Part shown: positions 19,473-29,719 of the stretch, in pieces | How positions within the stretch are numbered: the first letter of the stretch is position 1 | Layout of the letters: every line of letters starts with the position of its first letter | Assembly (NCBI GenBank): GCA_963727625.1 | Contig: CAVSHR010000002.1 | Coordinates: 64,001 to 128,000 of the forward strand | Source: an uncultured delta proteobacterium | Lineage (GTDB): Bacteria; Desulfobacterota; Binatia; UBA9968 | DNA: 64,000 nucleotides | Direction of reading: 5' to 3' | Translations under genes and position numbers: made by a program | The notes under the pieces: generated by a model | Databases searched by the model: none | What the model saw: only the letters and a program-made list of their open reading frames with translations | What the model was told of the DNA's origin: nothing

Positions 19473-20561
19473 ATGAAACCATTCTTTTCTGGCTTGAGAT
19501 TGCTTGCCATCGCTTGTGGCTTGTTAACGATAAACTCTGCCGATTTACTATGCGCTGCAGCGGCTCAATCGCCTGAAGGAATCTTTGCCGAGCTGGCGAA
19601 GCTAAAGCCGGAACAGCGCGCAAGGCGTATTGAAGAGGGCGCGCGCAAAGAAGGCAAGCTCAACTTCATCCATACTTTTAGAGGCAAGTTGGCTCGCAAC
19701 CATGTGCGCTTGTTCGAGAAGCGCTATCCGTTCGTCAAAGTCGAAATGGCAGACATGGGCTCCCAAGATGCAGCGGAGCGTTTAATCGCCGAAGAAACTG
19801 CGGGCCGCCATCTTACCGACGGACTCAGCCTTGCGGTTCCCGACCTCCCGGTGATTTTGAAGCAGGATCTGTTCGCCAACTATCCGACGCCGGCAACTCA
19901 AAGGATACCGAAAAAGTTCCAGGGGTTTCTGGACAAAGATAACCGCTGGGTGCCCTGGTACTGGAGCGAGCACGGTATTTCCTACAACACAAATTTGATT
20001 CCCGCCGACCAGGCGCCCAAGAGCTGGCAGGATCTCTGCAATCCCGCTTACAAGGGAAAGGTGTCCTTCGATCCGCCCGAGACCCGCTTCATGGTAGGGC
20101 TCTATGTCATGATGGGTGAGGAAAAATTTCAAGCTTGGCTCAAGTGCATGGGAGAAAACCAACCGATCATCCAGCGCGGCCACACGCAGAGAATGAATCT
20201 CATGCTCGCGGGGGATCACGCGATTCAGGGCGACAATTTCCTATACCGCGGCGCGCAGGCAAAGAAAAAGGATCCGAAAACGCCGTACGCGATCGTCTAC
20301 TCCGCGCCTATTCTGGCCTACGCCGGCGCGATCGTCATCAACAAAAAGACTCAGCATCCCTACGCTTCAGCGCTGTTCAGCGATTGGACGCTGTCCGATG
20401 AAAGCCAGAAATACGTCGCCGACGAATTTCGCGGACCGCTTATCGGCAAGCATCCGTATCTTCCCGACAACGTGAACGTGGTGACTTTCGGCTACGTCAG
20501 CGAGGACATCGTCGATCGATTGCACGGCTATTGGAACAAGTACATCGGAAAGAAAAAATAG
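19473..20561 (+). CDS. ABC extracellular solute-binding protein (Fe(III)/thiamine-type)
   Basis: Signal peptide; EEGARKEGKL, FEKRYP, YNTNLI...PKSWQDLCNPAYKGK, HPYASALFSDWTLSDESQ. Confidence 0.88.
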   Translation: MKPFFSGLRLLAIACGLLTINSADLLCAAAAQSPEGIFAELAKLKPEQRARRIEEGARKEGKLNFIHTFRGKLARNHVRLFEKRYPFVKVEMADMGSQDAAERLIAEETAGRHLTDGLSLAVPDLPVILKQDLFANYPTPATQRIPKKFQGFLDKDNRWVPWYWSEHGISYNTNLIPADQAPKSWQDLCNPAYKGKVSFDPPETRFMVGLYVMMGEEKFQAWLKCMGENQPIIQRGHTQRMNLMLAGDHAIQGDNFLYRGAQAKKKDPKTPYAIVYSAPILAYAGAIVINKKTQHPYASALFSDWTLSDESQKYVADEFRGPLIGKHPYLPDNVNVVTFGYVSEDIVDRLHGYWNKYIGKKK

Positions 20562-20582
20562 CTTGTCCCGTTCGACCACCGG

Positions 20583-22325
20583 ATGAATATGGCAGCCGGC
20601 TCGTCAAGCCCGGGGCGGCGGTTTTCGCTGAACGGTGGCAAGCTCGCGTTGGCGCTGGTTGTTCTGATCCTGGTTTACCAGGTCGTCTTCCCGCTGCTGA
20701 TGGTGCTGTGGACGAGCCTCAAGCTGGAGCGGCCGGGAGAGCCGGGGTTTTTCGACTTGAGCTTCTCGCTCGCCAACTATGTTCGCGCCTTCGGTTCCAG
20801 AGATTTTTGGCAGGCGACTTGGAATACGCTCGGCTTCGCGCTGGTGTCTACGGCTCTCTCATTCGGACTGGGAACCTATCTCGCCTGGGCGGTACATCGC
20901 ACCAACACCCCTTTCGCTCGGTTGATCGGCGTCATCACTCTCGGGCGCATCATCATCCCGGGAATCCTGATCACGGTAGCGTGGATTTTGTTGGCCAGCC
21001 CGAGCATCGGCGTTCTCAATTATGCCCTGGAAGCGCTAACTGGGATCAAGCAAATCCTGAATATCTATTCTTTCTGGGGGATGGTTTGGGTGCATTCCCT
21101 GGAGATGACGCCGCTCGCTTATTTGCTGTTATCCGCGGCGCTGCAAACCATGGATCCGCGTCTCGAAGAGGCCTCCGCCGTTGCCGGTGCGGGCCAGTGG
21201 TCGACGCTCAGGAAGATTGCCCTGCCGCTGGCGATGCCCGCGGTAGGCGCGGCGGTCATGCTGCTGTTGATCTACACCGTAGAGACTTTTGAAGTTCCGC
21301 TATTGCTCGCCGGCCGCGCGCACTTCAGAGTCTATAGCACCGAGATTTATTTCAACACGGCCAGAACGCCGACGGATTGGGGGCTATCGGGTGCCTATTC
21401 CGTCGCCATTCTGATTTTATGCGCGCTTTTCCTGGCCGCTTATTTTCGCCTCGTGCGGCACAGCGAGCGCTACCAAACGATCACGGGCAAAGATTTCCGG
21501 CCGCGCCGCATCGACCTGGGGCGCTGGCGTTATGTCGTTAGCTCCGTTAGCCTGGTGCTGGTGTTTTTGATCACCGGCCTGCCCTTCCTCGTGATGCTCT
21601 ACGCCTCGCTCTTGCGGCGCTATCAGCCGCCGTCGCTCGAGGTGTTTCAGGGCATGAGTCTTGGCAACTATCGGGAGATTCTCGACGATCCCGTCTATTC
21701 CCTGGCCCCGATGTGGAACAGCACTTTGGTCGGTCTGGGTTCGGCGACGGCGGTCATGCTGCTGGTTTCGGTGATGAGCTATTTCGTGCATAAAACGCGA
21801 ATGCGCGGCCGCCAGCTCATCGATTTTCTCGGCTTCGCGCCGGTTGCCATGCCGAGCGTCGTGTTGGGCACCGCGTTTTTGTGGTTCTACCTGTTGGTGC
21901 CGTTGCCCGTCCTGGGCACGCTGACGATTATCTCTCTGGCCTACGTCACGCGCTACATGGCGGTGGCGCTGCGCTTCGTTTCGACATCGATGCTGCAGAT
22001 TCATAAAGAATTGGAAGAAGCGGCGTCGGTGGCGGGCGGCGGATGGTGGAAGAACTTTAGTCGCATTTATCTTCCGTTGATGCGTCCGGGGCTCATGGCC
22101 GGCTGGTTTTGGGTCATGGTGCACGCATACCGGGAGCTGACCATCGCGCTCATGCTGGCGCGTTCGAGCAACCGCACGGCGGCAGTGATCGTCTATGATC
22201 TCTGGGAAAACGGCTCGTTCCCGCAGTTGAGCGCATTCGGCGTGCTGATTTTCGCCTTATTGATCGTCCTGGTCTTAATCGGGCAAACGATCGGCAAACG
22301 ATTCGGCGTGCAGGAGCAGATTTAG
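20583..22325 (+). CDS. FbpB-type ABC permease (two fused TM domains)
   Basis: Two EAA motifs (MDPRLEEASAVAGA; IHKELEEAASVAGG). Confidence 0.9.
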   Translation: MNMAAGSSSPGRRFSLNGGKLALALVVLILVYQVVFPLLMVLWTSLKLERPGEPGFFDLSFSLANYVRAFGSRDFWQATWNTLGFALVSTALSFGLGTYLAWAVHRTNTPFARLIGVITLGRIIIPGILITVAWILLASPSIGVLNYALEALTGIKQILNIYSFWGMVWVHSLEMTPLAYLLLSAALQTMDPRLEEASAVAGAGQWSTLRKIALPLAMPAVGAAVMLLLIYTVETFEVPLLLAGRAHFRVYSTEIYFNTARTPTDWGLSGAYSVAILILCALFLAAYFRLVRHSERYQTITGKDFRPRRIDLGRWRYVVSSVSLVLVFLITGLPFLVMLYASLLRRYQPPSLEVFQGMSLGNYREILDDPVYSLAPMWNSTLVGLGSATAVMLLVSVMSYFVHKTRMRGRQLIDFLGFAPVAMPSVVLGTAFLWFYLLVPLPVLGTLTIISLAYVTRYMAVALRFVSTSMLQIHKELEEAASVAGGGWWKNFSRIYLPLMRPGLMAGWFWVMVHAYRELTIALMLARSSNRTAAVIVYDLWENGSFPQLSAFGVLIFALLIVLVLIGQTIGKRFGVQEQI

Positions 22326-22444
22326 CGTTAGGCAAACTGGCGGATTGTACGCTCGATCACCCGCTTACAGCACTTATCACCGCGAAGTCGTTCAGTTCGG
22401 TTCAGATCCCTCGCTCCGTCAGACAGCGTGAAAAAGTCTCGGAA

Positions 22445-22533
22445 CCCTTCGACAGCGCTAGGGGTGTGCGGATAAGCACTCAAGTGCTGCTAAAACCGCA
22501 CCGTTCGAGGTGAGCCAGTCGAACCATGAACGG
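22445..22533. repeat. Degenerate palindromic MITE/REP-like element between convergent genes
   Basis: CCCTTCGACAG...AGCACT-CA-AGTGCT...CCGTTC-GAGGTGAGCCAGTCGAACCAT-GAACGG. Confidence 0.45.
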
Positions 22534-22596
22534 TGGTTTCACCCATCCTGTCGATTGAGTGGACGATTGCCGCTCTTTCAGCAATCTTGGCAACCA

Positions 22597-23457
22597 CTAG
22601 CGGGCTTTATTCGTCTCGTAATACTTGCTTGCCCACGCCGCGATGTCGCCGCGCCGCGCGAACCAAACGTCCTGATGGCTCTTGGCGTAGGAGATGATCT
22701 GCTCAAACGTATCGATCAAGGGAATGCGCGAGCTCAGATAAGCATGGGAGATCACGTTGATCATCGTCGGATTTTCCGTGCCGATCTTGTAGCGGTAGTC
22801 GAATTCATCTTTGAATTTCTCGAAAAAATCTTGGCGCGTGCCTTCTTCCTCCATGCGATGGTCGTTGATCGTATACTGGTGCGGAATCATGGTGAGTATT
22901 TTATCGCCAATCTTTCGGGGATAGGGCATCTCATCGTCGTGGTAGTCGCAATTATAGGTAAGGCCGGCCTCCACAATCAGCTCGAGAGTGTTGTCCGTGG
23001 AACGAACGCCGGGCGACGACCAGCCTGTCGGCCGCTCGCCGGTGACCCGGGTGATCGCTTCCACGGTCTTAAAAATATTATCGCGCTCCTGTTCGCGTGT
23101 GAGCATGTAGAGATACACACCCTGGTCCCAACCATGGGCGATCATCTCATGGCCGCGACGATGTGCTTCTTGGACCAACTCCGGATAATACTCGCAGGTC
23201 AATCCGTTGATCGGCATGCTGACTTTCAAATTGTACTTGTCGCAGATATCGAGCAGCCGGAGCAGGCCGACTTTAGCGCCAAACTCGCGAAAGGTTTCGG
23301 TGGAATAATCGCGCCGGCACACCGCATTGGCGGGGATGGACCCGCGCTGCAATCCCCGGCCGGTGGTCGGCTTGGTGCGGTCCCAAGCTTCGAATGCGAT
23401 ACCGAGCACAAAAGCGACACGCGCTTGGTGGGGCCATGTGAAGGTTTGCTGTGCCAT
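22597..23457 (-). CDS. Polysaccharide deacetylase family (PuuE/allantoinase-like)
   Basis: EFGAKVGLLRLL, GHEMIAHG, RPTGWSSPG, DYHDDEMPY. Confidence 0.88.
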   Translation of the reverse strand: MAQQTFTWPHQARVAFVLGIAFEAWDRTKPTTGRGLQRGSIPANAVCRRDYSTETFREFGAKVGLLRLLDICDKYNLKVSMPINGLTCEYYPELVQEAHRRGHEMIAHGWDQGVYLYMLTREQERDNIFKTVEAITRVTGERPTGWSSPGVRSTDNTLELIVEAGLTYNCDYHDDEMPYPRKIGDKILTMIPHQYTINDHRMEEEGTRQDFFEKFKDEFDYRYKIGTENPTMINVISHAYLSSRIPLIDTFEQIISYAKSHQDVWFARRGDIAAWASKYYETNKAR

Positions 23458-23618
23458 GTCAATCCTCCGATCTTAAAACGATTGTCAATCGGTAACGAAG
23501 GGCCTTATAACCAAACTGTCGCAAATCGACAAGAAGAAAGGCCCGAGCCCAAGCGAGCTTTAATCGCTGTTGAATCCCCGATCCTATGCGACGAGTGTTT
23601 CCGCCAAACTCAATAAGA

Positions 23619-24800
23619 TCAATTCCCCGGAAAGTTTCTCGGAATCACATCCAGGTACTTGAGTCCGCTCGCAGTGTTAAAAATAAGCACGCTGTCGTCC
23701 GGCTTGATCCAGCCGATCTCCGTCAATCGACGAAGCGCCGCGACGCAGGCGGCGCCCTCGGGGCAGAAGAAGATCCCCTCGGCTTTCCCGACACGGGGGA
23801 TTTCCGCCAGCATGTCAGCGTCGCTGACGCTGAGCGCCGTGCCGCCGCTGTCGCGGATTGCCTGCAAGATTAAAAAATCAGCCACCGCCTGGGGCACGCG
23901 CAGACCCGAGGCGATGGTTCGGGCGTTTTCCCATGGTTCCGCACTCGCTTTGTCTTCATTGAGAGCCTTGACGATCGGCGCGCAGCCGTCCGCTTGCACC
24001 GACACCATACGCGGCCGTGCGCTGCCGATCCAACCCAGTTCTTCGAGCTCCGCAAAAGCTTTCCACATGCCGATCAGTCCGGTTCCGCCGCCGGTCGGAT
24101 AGATAATCACCTCCGGCAAATGCCAATCGAGTTGCTCGGCGATCTCGTAGCCCATGGTCTTTTTGCCCTCAACCCGGTAGGGCTCTTTGAGCGTCGAGAA
24201 ATCGAACCAGCCTTTAGTTTTTTTCTGCTCGGCGATGAGCCGGCCGCAATCATTGATCAGCCCGTCGACCAGTGTGAGTCTGGCGCCATACTGAGCGACC
24301 TCGATTTGATTGGCCAGCGGCGTGTCGCGCGGCATGAAGACATGGGCTTCGATGCCGGCACGCGCTGCATAGGCGGCAAAGGAACCGCCGGCGTTTCCTG
24401 CCGACGGGATCGCGGCCCTTTTGACGCCCAGTTCCTTTGCACGTGAGACCGCCAGAGAAAGGCCTCTGTCCTTGAACGAACCTGTTGGGTTGCGCGCTTC
24501 GTCTTTAATCCAAAGTCGGCGCAGCCCGAGCTCTTTAGCAAGCTTTATCGCGTCCAATAGCGGCGTCCAACCTTCACCCAACGAGATCCGATTGGCCTCG
24601 TGTTGCAGCGGCAAGAGCTCGCGGTAGCGCCACAGGGAAGCGCTCCGACCAGCGAGGCTAGCCTTGGGAAATGCGCTTCGCGCTTTCTCGAGATCGTAGC
24701 GAACCAGCAGCGGCGAGCCGCACGCGCAGAGGTTTAGCACCTCCGATAGGCCGAAGCGTTTTTCGCAGCGGGCGCAAACGATTTTCTGGGCAAACGACAT
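23619..24800 (-). CDS. thrC: Threonine synthase
   Basis: N-terminal Zn motif; SLGEGWTPL, NPTGSFKDRG (PLP lysine), PSAGNAG, YPTGGGTG, CPEGA. Confidence 0.9.
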   Translation of the reverse strand: MSFAQKIVCARCEKRFGLSEVLNLCACGSPLLVRYDLEKARSAFPKASLAGRSASLWRYRELLPLQHEANRISLGEGWTPLLDAIKLAKELGLRRLWIKDEARNPTGSFKDRGLSLAVSRAKELGVKRAAIPSAGNAGGSFAAYAARAGIEAHVFMPRDTPLANQIEVAQYGARLTLVDGLINDCGRLIAEQKKTKGWFDFSTLKEPYRVEGKKTMGYEIAEQLDWHLPEVIIYPTGGGTGLIGMWKAFAELEELGWIGSARPRMVSVQADGCAPIVKALNEDKASAEPWENARTIASGLRVPQAVADFLILQAIRDSGGTALSVSDADMLAEIPRVGKAEGIFFCPEGAACVAALRRLTEIGWIKPDDSVLIFNTASGLKYLDVIPRNFPGN

Positions 24801-24984
24801 GGGTGTCAGCTCCAATAGCGTTTCATTAGAACAAATCATAGTCGGGGTCATGTTCGATCCGCAAGTCGCCGAATCAAAAGATGAGCTGCGATTGGAACCT
24901 TTCAGCCGCGTGCAACAATTCAACCGCGAAACTGAGCCTCCCGGCGGAAGTCCGAGTTTGATTGTGTTAAATTACACTCCCATC

Positions 24985-27534
24985 ATGCCGAGGACAGAAC
25001 TGCCAATTATCGAAATCGAGCGGTCGTTGCTCCAAACCCTGAGCTTTCAAAAGCGGTTGGTTCTCACCGCGCCCACCGGCTCCGGCAAATCGACCCAGGT
25101 GCCGCAGATGCTGCTTGATGGCGGCTTGCTGGGAAGTGGCCAAGTGACCATCTTGCAGCCGCGCCGCCTGGCGACGCGCATGCTCGCCGCCTGGGTCGCG
25201 CAAGCGAGGAGTGTAAAACTCGGCGGCGAGGTCGGCTATCAGATGCGTCTCGACAAAGTCGCCTCCGCGGCGACACGAATCTGCTACCTCACCGAAGGGG
25301 TGCTGCTGCGCCGGATGCTTACCGATCCCGAATTGAAAGGTATCAGCGCCGTCGTCTTCGACGAATTTCACGAGCGCCATCTCTACGGCGACATCACCTT
25401 GGCACGCGCGCTGCAGATCCAGGAATCGACGCGGCCCGATCTCATCATTATCGTCATGTCGGCGACCTTGGATGTCGCCCAAATTAAAATAGTCGAGAGG
25501 TATCTCCAACCCTGCGCGGTGCTATCGTCGGAGGGTCGCACTTATCCGGTGACCACTGAATATCTCGCCGAACCATCAAGCGTCGCACCGGTTTGGGATT
25601 TGGCAGTGCGAGAATTAAAGCGTCTCGTCCGCGAGCATCCGCAAGGCGACACGCTTATTTTCATGCCCGGCGCCTACGAGATCGCACGCACCGTGCAGGC
25701 GGCGCGCGACGTGCTCGGGTCAGAGTTCATCGTGTTCCCGCTGCACGGTGAATTACCGCCCAAGGATCAGGATGCGGCGGTGGCGAAGTATGACCGGCGT
25801 AAGATCGTCGTCGCCACCAACGTCGCGGAAACCTCGCTCACCATCGACGGTGTGCGCCTGGTGATAGACAGCGGTCTGGCGCGCATTCCGCGCTACGACC
25901 CGTATCGGGGCATCAACACATTGCTCATCGAAAAAATCAGCTGCGCCGCCGCCGACCAGCGCGCCGGCCGCGCCGGCCGCACCGCGCCTGGTCACTGTTT
26001 GCGCCTATGGACGGCGCATGATCATGGCGGTCGGCCTGCGCAGGAGCTTCCCGAAGTAAAGCGGCTGGATCTCGCCGAGGTGATCCTGACGCTCAAGGCG
26101 AGCGGCGTCGACGACGTGAAAACATTCCGCTGGCTCGAAGCCCCGGACGCGCCCGCGTTGGAGCGCGCCGAGACGCTGCTCGCCGACTTGGCCGCCGTCG
26201 ACGATGCAAGCGGAGCGATTACTGCACTCGGGCGGCGCATGCTGGCGTTTCCGGTCCACCCGCGCTACGCGCGCATGCTGCTCGCCGCGCAAGAGTTCGG
26301 CTGTGTCCGGCCTGTGGCGTTGATCGCCGCGCTGACCCAGGGGCGGGATTTGCTCATGCGCAAACAAGGTGCTCGGGCCGATGACCGGCGCGACGAGATC
26401 TTCGACGGCGAGTCCGAATCGGATTTCTTCGTGCTGATGCACGCATGGCGTTACGCCGAGCGGAACGGATTTCAGATCGATCGCTCCCGCCGCGCGGGTA
26501 TAAACGCGCAGGCCGCGCGCCAGGTCGGACCGCTCTTCGACCTGTTTCTGCGCATCGCCGCAGCGGAGGGATTGGACATCGGTGAAAAGTCGATCGATCG
26601 CGCCGCAGTGCAGCGTTGCTTGCTGGTCGGCTTTCCCGATCATCTCGCAAAACGACTCGACGTCGCCTCACAGCGGTGCGGGCTGGTTTACGGGCGGCGC
26701 GGTACGCTGGCGCGCGAAAGCGTTGTGAAGGCGCCGCTCTTCGTGGTCGCCGAAGTACGCGAGGTGGAAAGCGGCGGCGGCAGGGAGCGAAACTTGAACG
26801 TGGTGCTTAATCTCGCGACCGCGGTCAAAGAGGAATGGCTGCGCGAGCTTTTCCCGGCCGGTTTCACGGAGGTTCAATTCGTCGGCTACGACCCTGCCCT
26901 GCGGCGCGTAGTTTCCCGAACGGAAAAACGATTTCGTGATTTGGTTCTGGAACAGGAAATCTCTGACAAGCTTCCCGTAGACAAAGCCGCGGCGATTCTC
27001 GCGCGCGAAGTGGTTGCCGGCCGCTTGGTCCTCGAGCACTGGAACGAGTCCGTCGAACAATGGATCCTGCGCGTCAATCGCTTGCGCGAATGGATGCCGG
27101 AGTTGGAGTTGCCCGCCATCGCAGATGAAGACCGCGGCGTGATGATCGAGCATATTTGCCACGGTGCGTTTAGTTACAATCAAATCAAGGATCGCGCCGT
27201 GCTGCCGGTGGTCAAGTCATGGTTGTCGCGCCAGCAGCAAGCGTGGATCGAAGAATATGTGCCGGAGCGGATTCAATTACCCAAGGGCCGGATGGTGAAA
27301 GTCGCGTACTCCGCAGACGGAGCGCCGACGATTGCCGCGCGCATCCAGGATCTTTATGGCATCAAAGACGCCCTGTGGATCGCCAACCGCCGTGTCCGCG
27401 TGCGCATCCAAGTCCTCGCCCCCAGCAACCGCCCGGTGCAGATCACCGAAAACCTGGCGGATTTCTGGCGTGAGACGTATCCGAAGTTGAAACAGCAGCT
27501 GCAGAGACGGTATCCGAAGCACGAGTGGCGGTGA
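24985..27534 (+). CDS. hrpB: ATP-dependent DEAH-box RNA helicase HrpB
   Basis: APTGSGKST, DEFHER, MSAT, ATNVAETSLTIDG, QRAGRAGR, C-terminal RYPKHEW. Confidence 0.95.
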   Translation: MPRTELPIIEIERSLLQTLSFQKRLVLTAPTGSGKSTQVPQMLLDGGLLGSGQVTILQPRRLATRMLAAWVAQARSVKLGGEVGYQMRLDKVASAATRICYLTEGVLLRRMLTDPELKGISAVVFDEFHERHLYGDITLARALQIQESTRPDLIIIVMSATLDVAQIKIVERYLQPCAVLSSEGRTYPVTTEYLAEPSSVAPVWDLAVRELKRLVREHPQGDTLIFMPGAYEIARTVQAARDVLGSEFIVFPLHGELPPKDQDAAVAKYDRRKIVVATNVAETSLTIDGVRLVIDSGLARIPRYDPYRGINTLLIEKISCAAADQRAGRAGRTAPGHCLRLWTAHDHGGRPAQELPEVKRLDLAEVILTLKASGVDDVKTFRWLEAPDAPALERAETLLADLAAVDDASGAITALGRRMLAFPVHPRYARMLLAAQEFGCVRPVALIAALTQGRDLLMRKQGARADDRRDEIFDGESESDFFVLMHAWRYAERNGFQIDRSRRAGINAQAARQVGPLFDLFLRIAAAEGLDIGEKSIDRAAVQRCLLVGFPDHLAKRLDVASQRCGLVYGRRGTLARESVVKAPLFVVAEVREVESGGGRERNLNVVLNLATAVKEEWLRELFPAGFTEVQFVGYDPALRRVVSRTEKRFRDLVLEQEISDKLPVDKAAAILAREVVAGRLVLEHWNESVEQWILRVNRLREWMPELELPAIADEDRGVMIEHICHGAFSYNQIKDRAVLPVVKSWLSRQQQAWIEEYVPERIQLPKGRMVKVAYSADGAPTIAARIQDLYGIKDALWIANRRVRVRIQVLAPSNRPVQITENLADFWRETYPKLKQQLQRRYPKHEWR

Positions 27535-27708
27535 TCGACCAGTGTATGGTGTCGTTGTATCGGTTCAGGAAAATTGACTGGAGGTCGGAATCATTGTAGA
27601 TGTCGGCCATTGTGAGGCTTGATAAGAAGTTTCGTAGTTTAATCGGTATACTCGCGAATTAGGTTACTAATCCATGCGGCGAAATTTTTCGGAGCCGGAT
27701 CGAAAGTC

Positions 27709-28011
27709 TTGAGGTGCTCGTTTTGTAATAAGACGCAGAATGAGGTGAGCAAACTTATAGCCGGACCAAAGGCGCATATTTGCGAAGAGTGTGTGGACCG
27801 TAGCATCGATATCCTTAAAGAAGAACTCAGTAAGAAACCTCAGGACTGTCTGCTTTGTGGTTTGACCAAGGAGCTTCAGGAGATGACGCGCTTTCCAGGC
27901 CGAGGATCCATCTGCAGCCCTTGTCTCGACGAAATTCGAGCTGTGATTGAGCATTTGAACGCGCAGAATCAGAGAACGTTCCAGGAACAGTTTTTTAAGG
28001 TTTACCTTTAG
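27709..28011 (+). CDS. Stand-alone ClpX-type C4 zinc finger plus second CxxC...CxxC finger
   Basis: [28 protein letters not shown] then CLLC...CSPC; no AAA+ domain; TTG start. Confidence 0.7.
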   Translation: MRCSFCNKTQNEVSKLIAGPKAHICEECVDRSIDILKEELSKKPQDCLLCGLTKELQEMTRFPGRGSICSPCLDEIRAVIEHLNAQNQRTFQEQFFKVYL

Positions 28012-28038
28012 CGCGTCACTCCTAGTGATCTATTGCAT

Positions 28039-28935
28039 ATGCGATTACTCCGTTTGATCGTGCTTATGAGCGCAGTGTTGGGAGGATCAGCCCTCGCCCT
28101 CCAGAATCGCGGTAAAACCGACGTTCTCGATGTTCACCGGCTGCCGCTCGGTGATGGCTGGGTCAGCAGCGCTCCGGAGCGAGGGTCGGTCATGTCGTGC
28201 AGGACGCGCTTCCGTCAGGGCGGCGCCCGGCATGCAGGGCCCTGGATACAGGGCGACACCTGGGATCTCACCAAGAAGCTGACAGTACTCGGGCGTGTGA
28301 TCTGGCCGGAGGCGGAGTTCGCGATCGCGACCCGCGACACCGGCCGGGTCGCCGCGCGGGTCATTACCGGCAACGGCTTGCCGGTGGGGGCGCCAACCGG
28401 ACAGTTTCCCATTGCGCGGAGCGATCCGGCTTTCCAAATCGATCGCAATCCGAACCCTATTGAGCCGCAGAACGTGCTGCTTACCCTGGCGCTCGTTCCC
28501 GCACCCGCCGGGTCGCCCTCGTGCGTGCCGATGGGGATGATCGGTGTTGCACTCAACGGCGTCGCGATCTTCAATGCGCTCGATGATGCCGGGCACGATG
28601 CGGTGGCGCACGAGGTCCAGGATCTCTGCACTGGTCATCCACAGATGCGCGGCGAGTACCACTATCACGGACCCAGTCCGTGCCTACCGGGCGCGACGGC
28701 CAATGAGACGCTCATCGGTTACGCGATCGATGGCTACGGCATCTATAGTAGTTACGACGCGAATGGTCGGGAACTCACCAACGCCGACCTCGACGAATGC
28801 CACGGGCGCCTAAGCACCGTCGAATGGGATGGCAAACGCGTTAGTCTCTATCATTACGTGCTGACGCGGGAATATCCGTACACGGTCGGCTGCTTTCGCG
28901 GCACGCCATCGCGGCGCCCGTTCGGCCGCCGGTAG
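28039..28935 (+). CDS. Secreted YHYH-domain protein
   Basis: Signal peptide; IGVALNGVAIFN, GEYHYH, IGYAIDGYGIY, LDECHG, YPYTVGCFRG. Confidence 0.88.
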   Translation: MRLLRLIVLMSAVLGGSALALQNRGKTDVLDVHRLPLGDGWVSSAPERGSVMSCRTRFRQGGARHAGPWIQGDTWDLTKKLTVLGRVIWPEAEFAIATRDTGRVAARVITGNGLPVGAPTGQFPIARSDPAFQIDRNPNPIEPQNVLLTLALVPAPAGSPSCVPMGMIGVALNGVAIFNALDDAGHDAVAHEVQDLCTGHPQMRGEYHYHGPSPCLPGATANETLIGYAIDGYGIYSSYDANGRELTNADLDECHGRLSTVEWDGKRVSLYHYVLTREYPYTVGCFRGTPSRRPFGRR

Positions 28936-29275
28936 CCGCGGTCGGTTGGAACGGCGCTCGGGCCTGTCCTGTAGATTAAGCGCCGAGATCTACGCAGGAA
29001 ATTGTCATTCGTCCGGGTACTGAATGCCAAGAAGAGGAATTAGAATCCAGACTCAAGTAAGACCCTGACCCCACACAGACCCTGATCGCTCAGACCAACA
29101 AGTCAATCTGGACAGGCCGGATGCGAAAGGCGTTTGCCCCGCTGATTACGTGGTAAATGGGTTTATCGATGACATGGAAAAAGACGGATTTTTGGCACTG
29201 TTCGGCAGCCTGTTAGGTACATCTGTTTAGCGGCGTCCAGGATTGTGGAAAAGCCTTGAAATTGGGAGGTGTACA

Positions 29276-29563
29276 ATGATCTACGAAGTGCGGTTTCAGA
29301 CGGTCGATCCGGAGCGGCGCAGCCAGTACGTGAAAATGTACAAGCAGGCGATCCAGGAGATTAAGCAAGCCGGCTGCCGCGGCGGTCAGATTTTGTGCAG
29401 TGAAAGCGATCCATCGAGCGTGATGGTGCTGCTGGAATGGGAGAGCAAGGAGCAGCATCAACGCTGGAGAGGGACCCCGCCGCATACGCGTTTCCGCGCC
29501 GCCGTCGGGGGTTGGCAGTCCACGCCCAGCCAGGGCGGTTATTACACGGCTGAGACGATTTAG
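29276..29563 (+). CDS. Antibiotic biosynthesis monooxygenase (ABM) family protein
   Basis: GGAGG RBS; GCRGGQILCSESDPSSVMVLLEWESKEQH. Confidence 0.8.
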   Translation: MIYEVRFQTVDPERRSQYVKMYKQAIQEIKQAGCRGGQILCSESDPSSVMVLLEWESKEQHQRWRGTPPHTRFRAAVGGWQSTPSQGGYYTAETI

Positions 29564-29579
29564 TCGCGAAACTTGGCCT

Positions 29580-29669
29580 GACGAGGACGTGGCGGATTGC
29601 CGCTACAAAATCTATCCGAAATTGAAGCAGCAACCGCGGATACGGTATCCGAATCACGCGGGGCACTGA
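29580..29669 (+). repeat. Degenerate direct copy of the last 30 codons of hrpB (27445-27534)
   Basis: Ungapped 64/90 nt identity (hand count), including the TGA; YPKLKQQ...RYPxH preserved. Confidence 0.85.
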
Positions 29670-29719
29670 ACGGAATTGGCGTAGGGGCGAGGTGTGAGCG
29701 AGCTTTGGGAAGCCTGGTG

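Noticed and set aside
29059-29216. AGACCCTGACCCC/AGACCCTGATC duplicate and CAGCCTGTTAG as REP or IS-end relics
   Set aside because: Too short, with no partner end or transposase, although the position inside the hrpB islet is suggestive.
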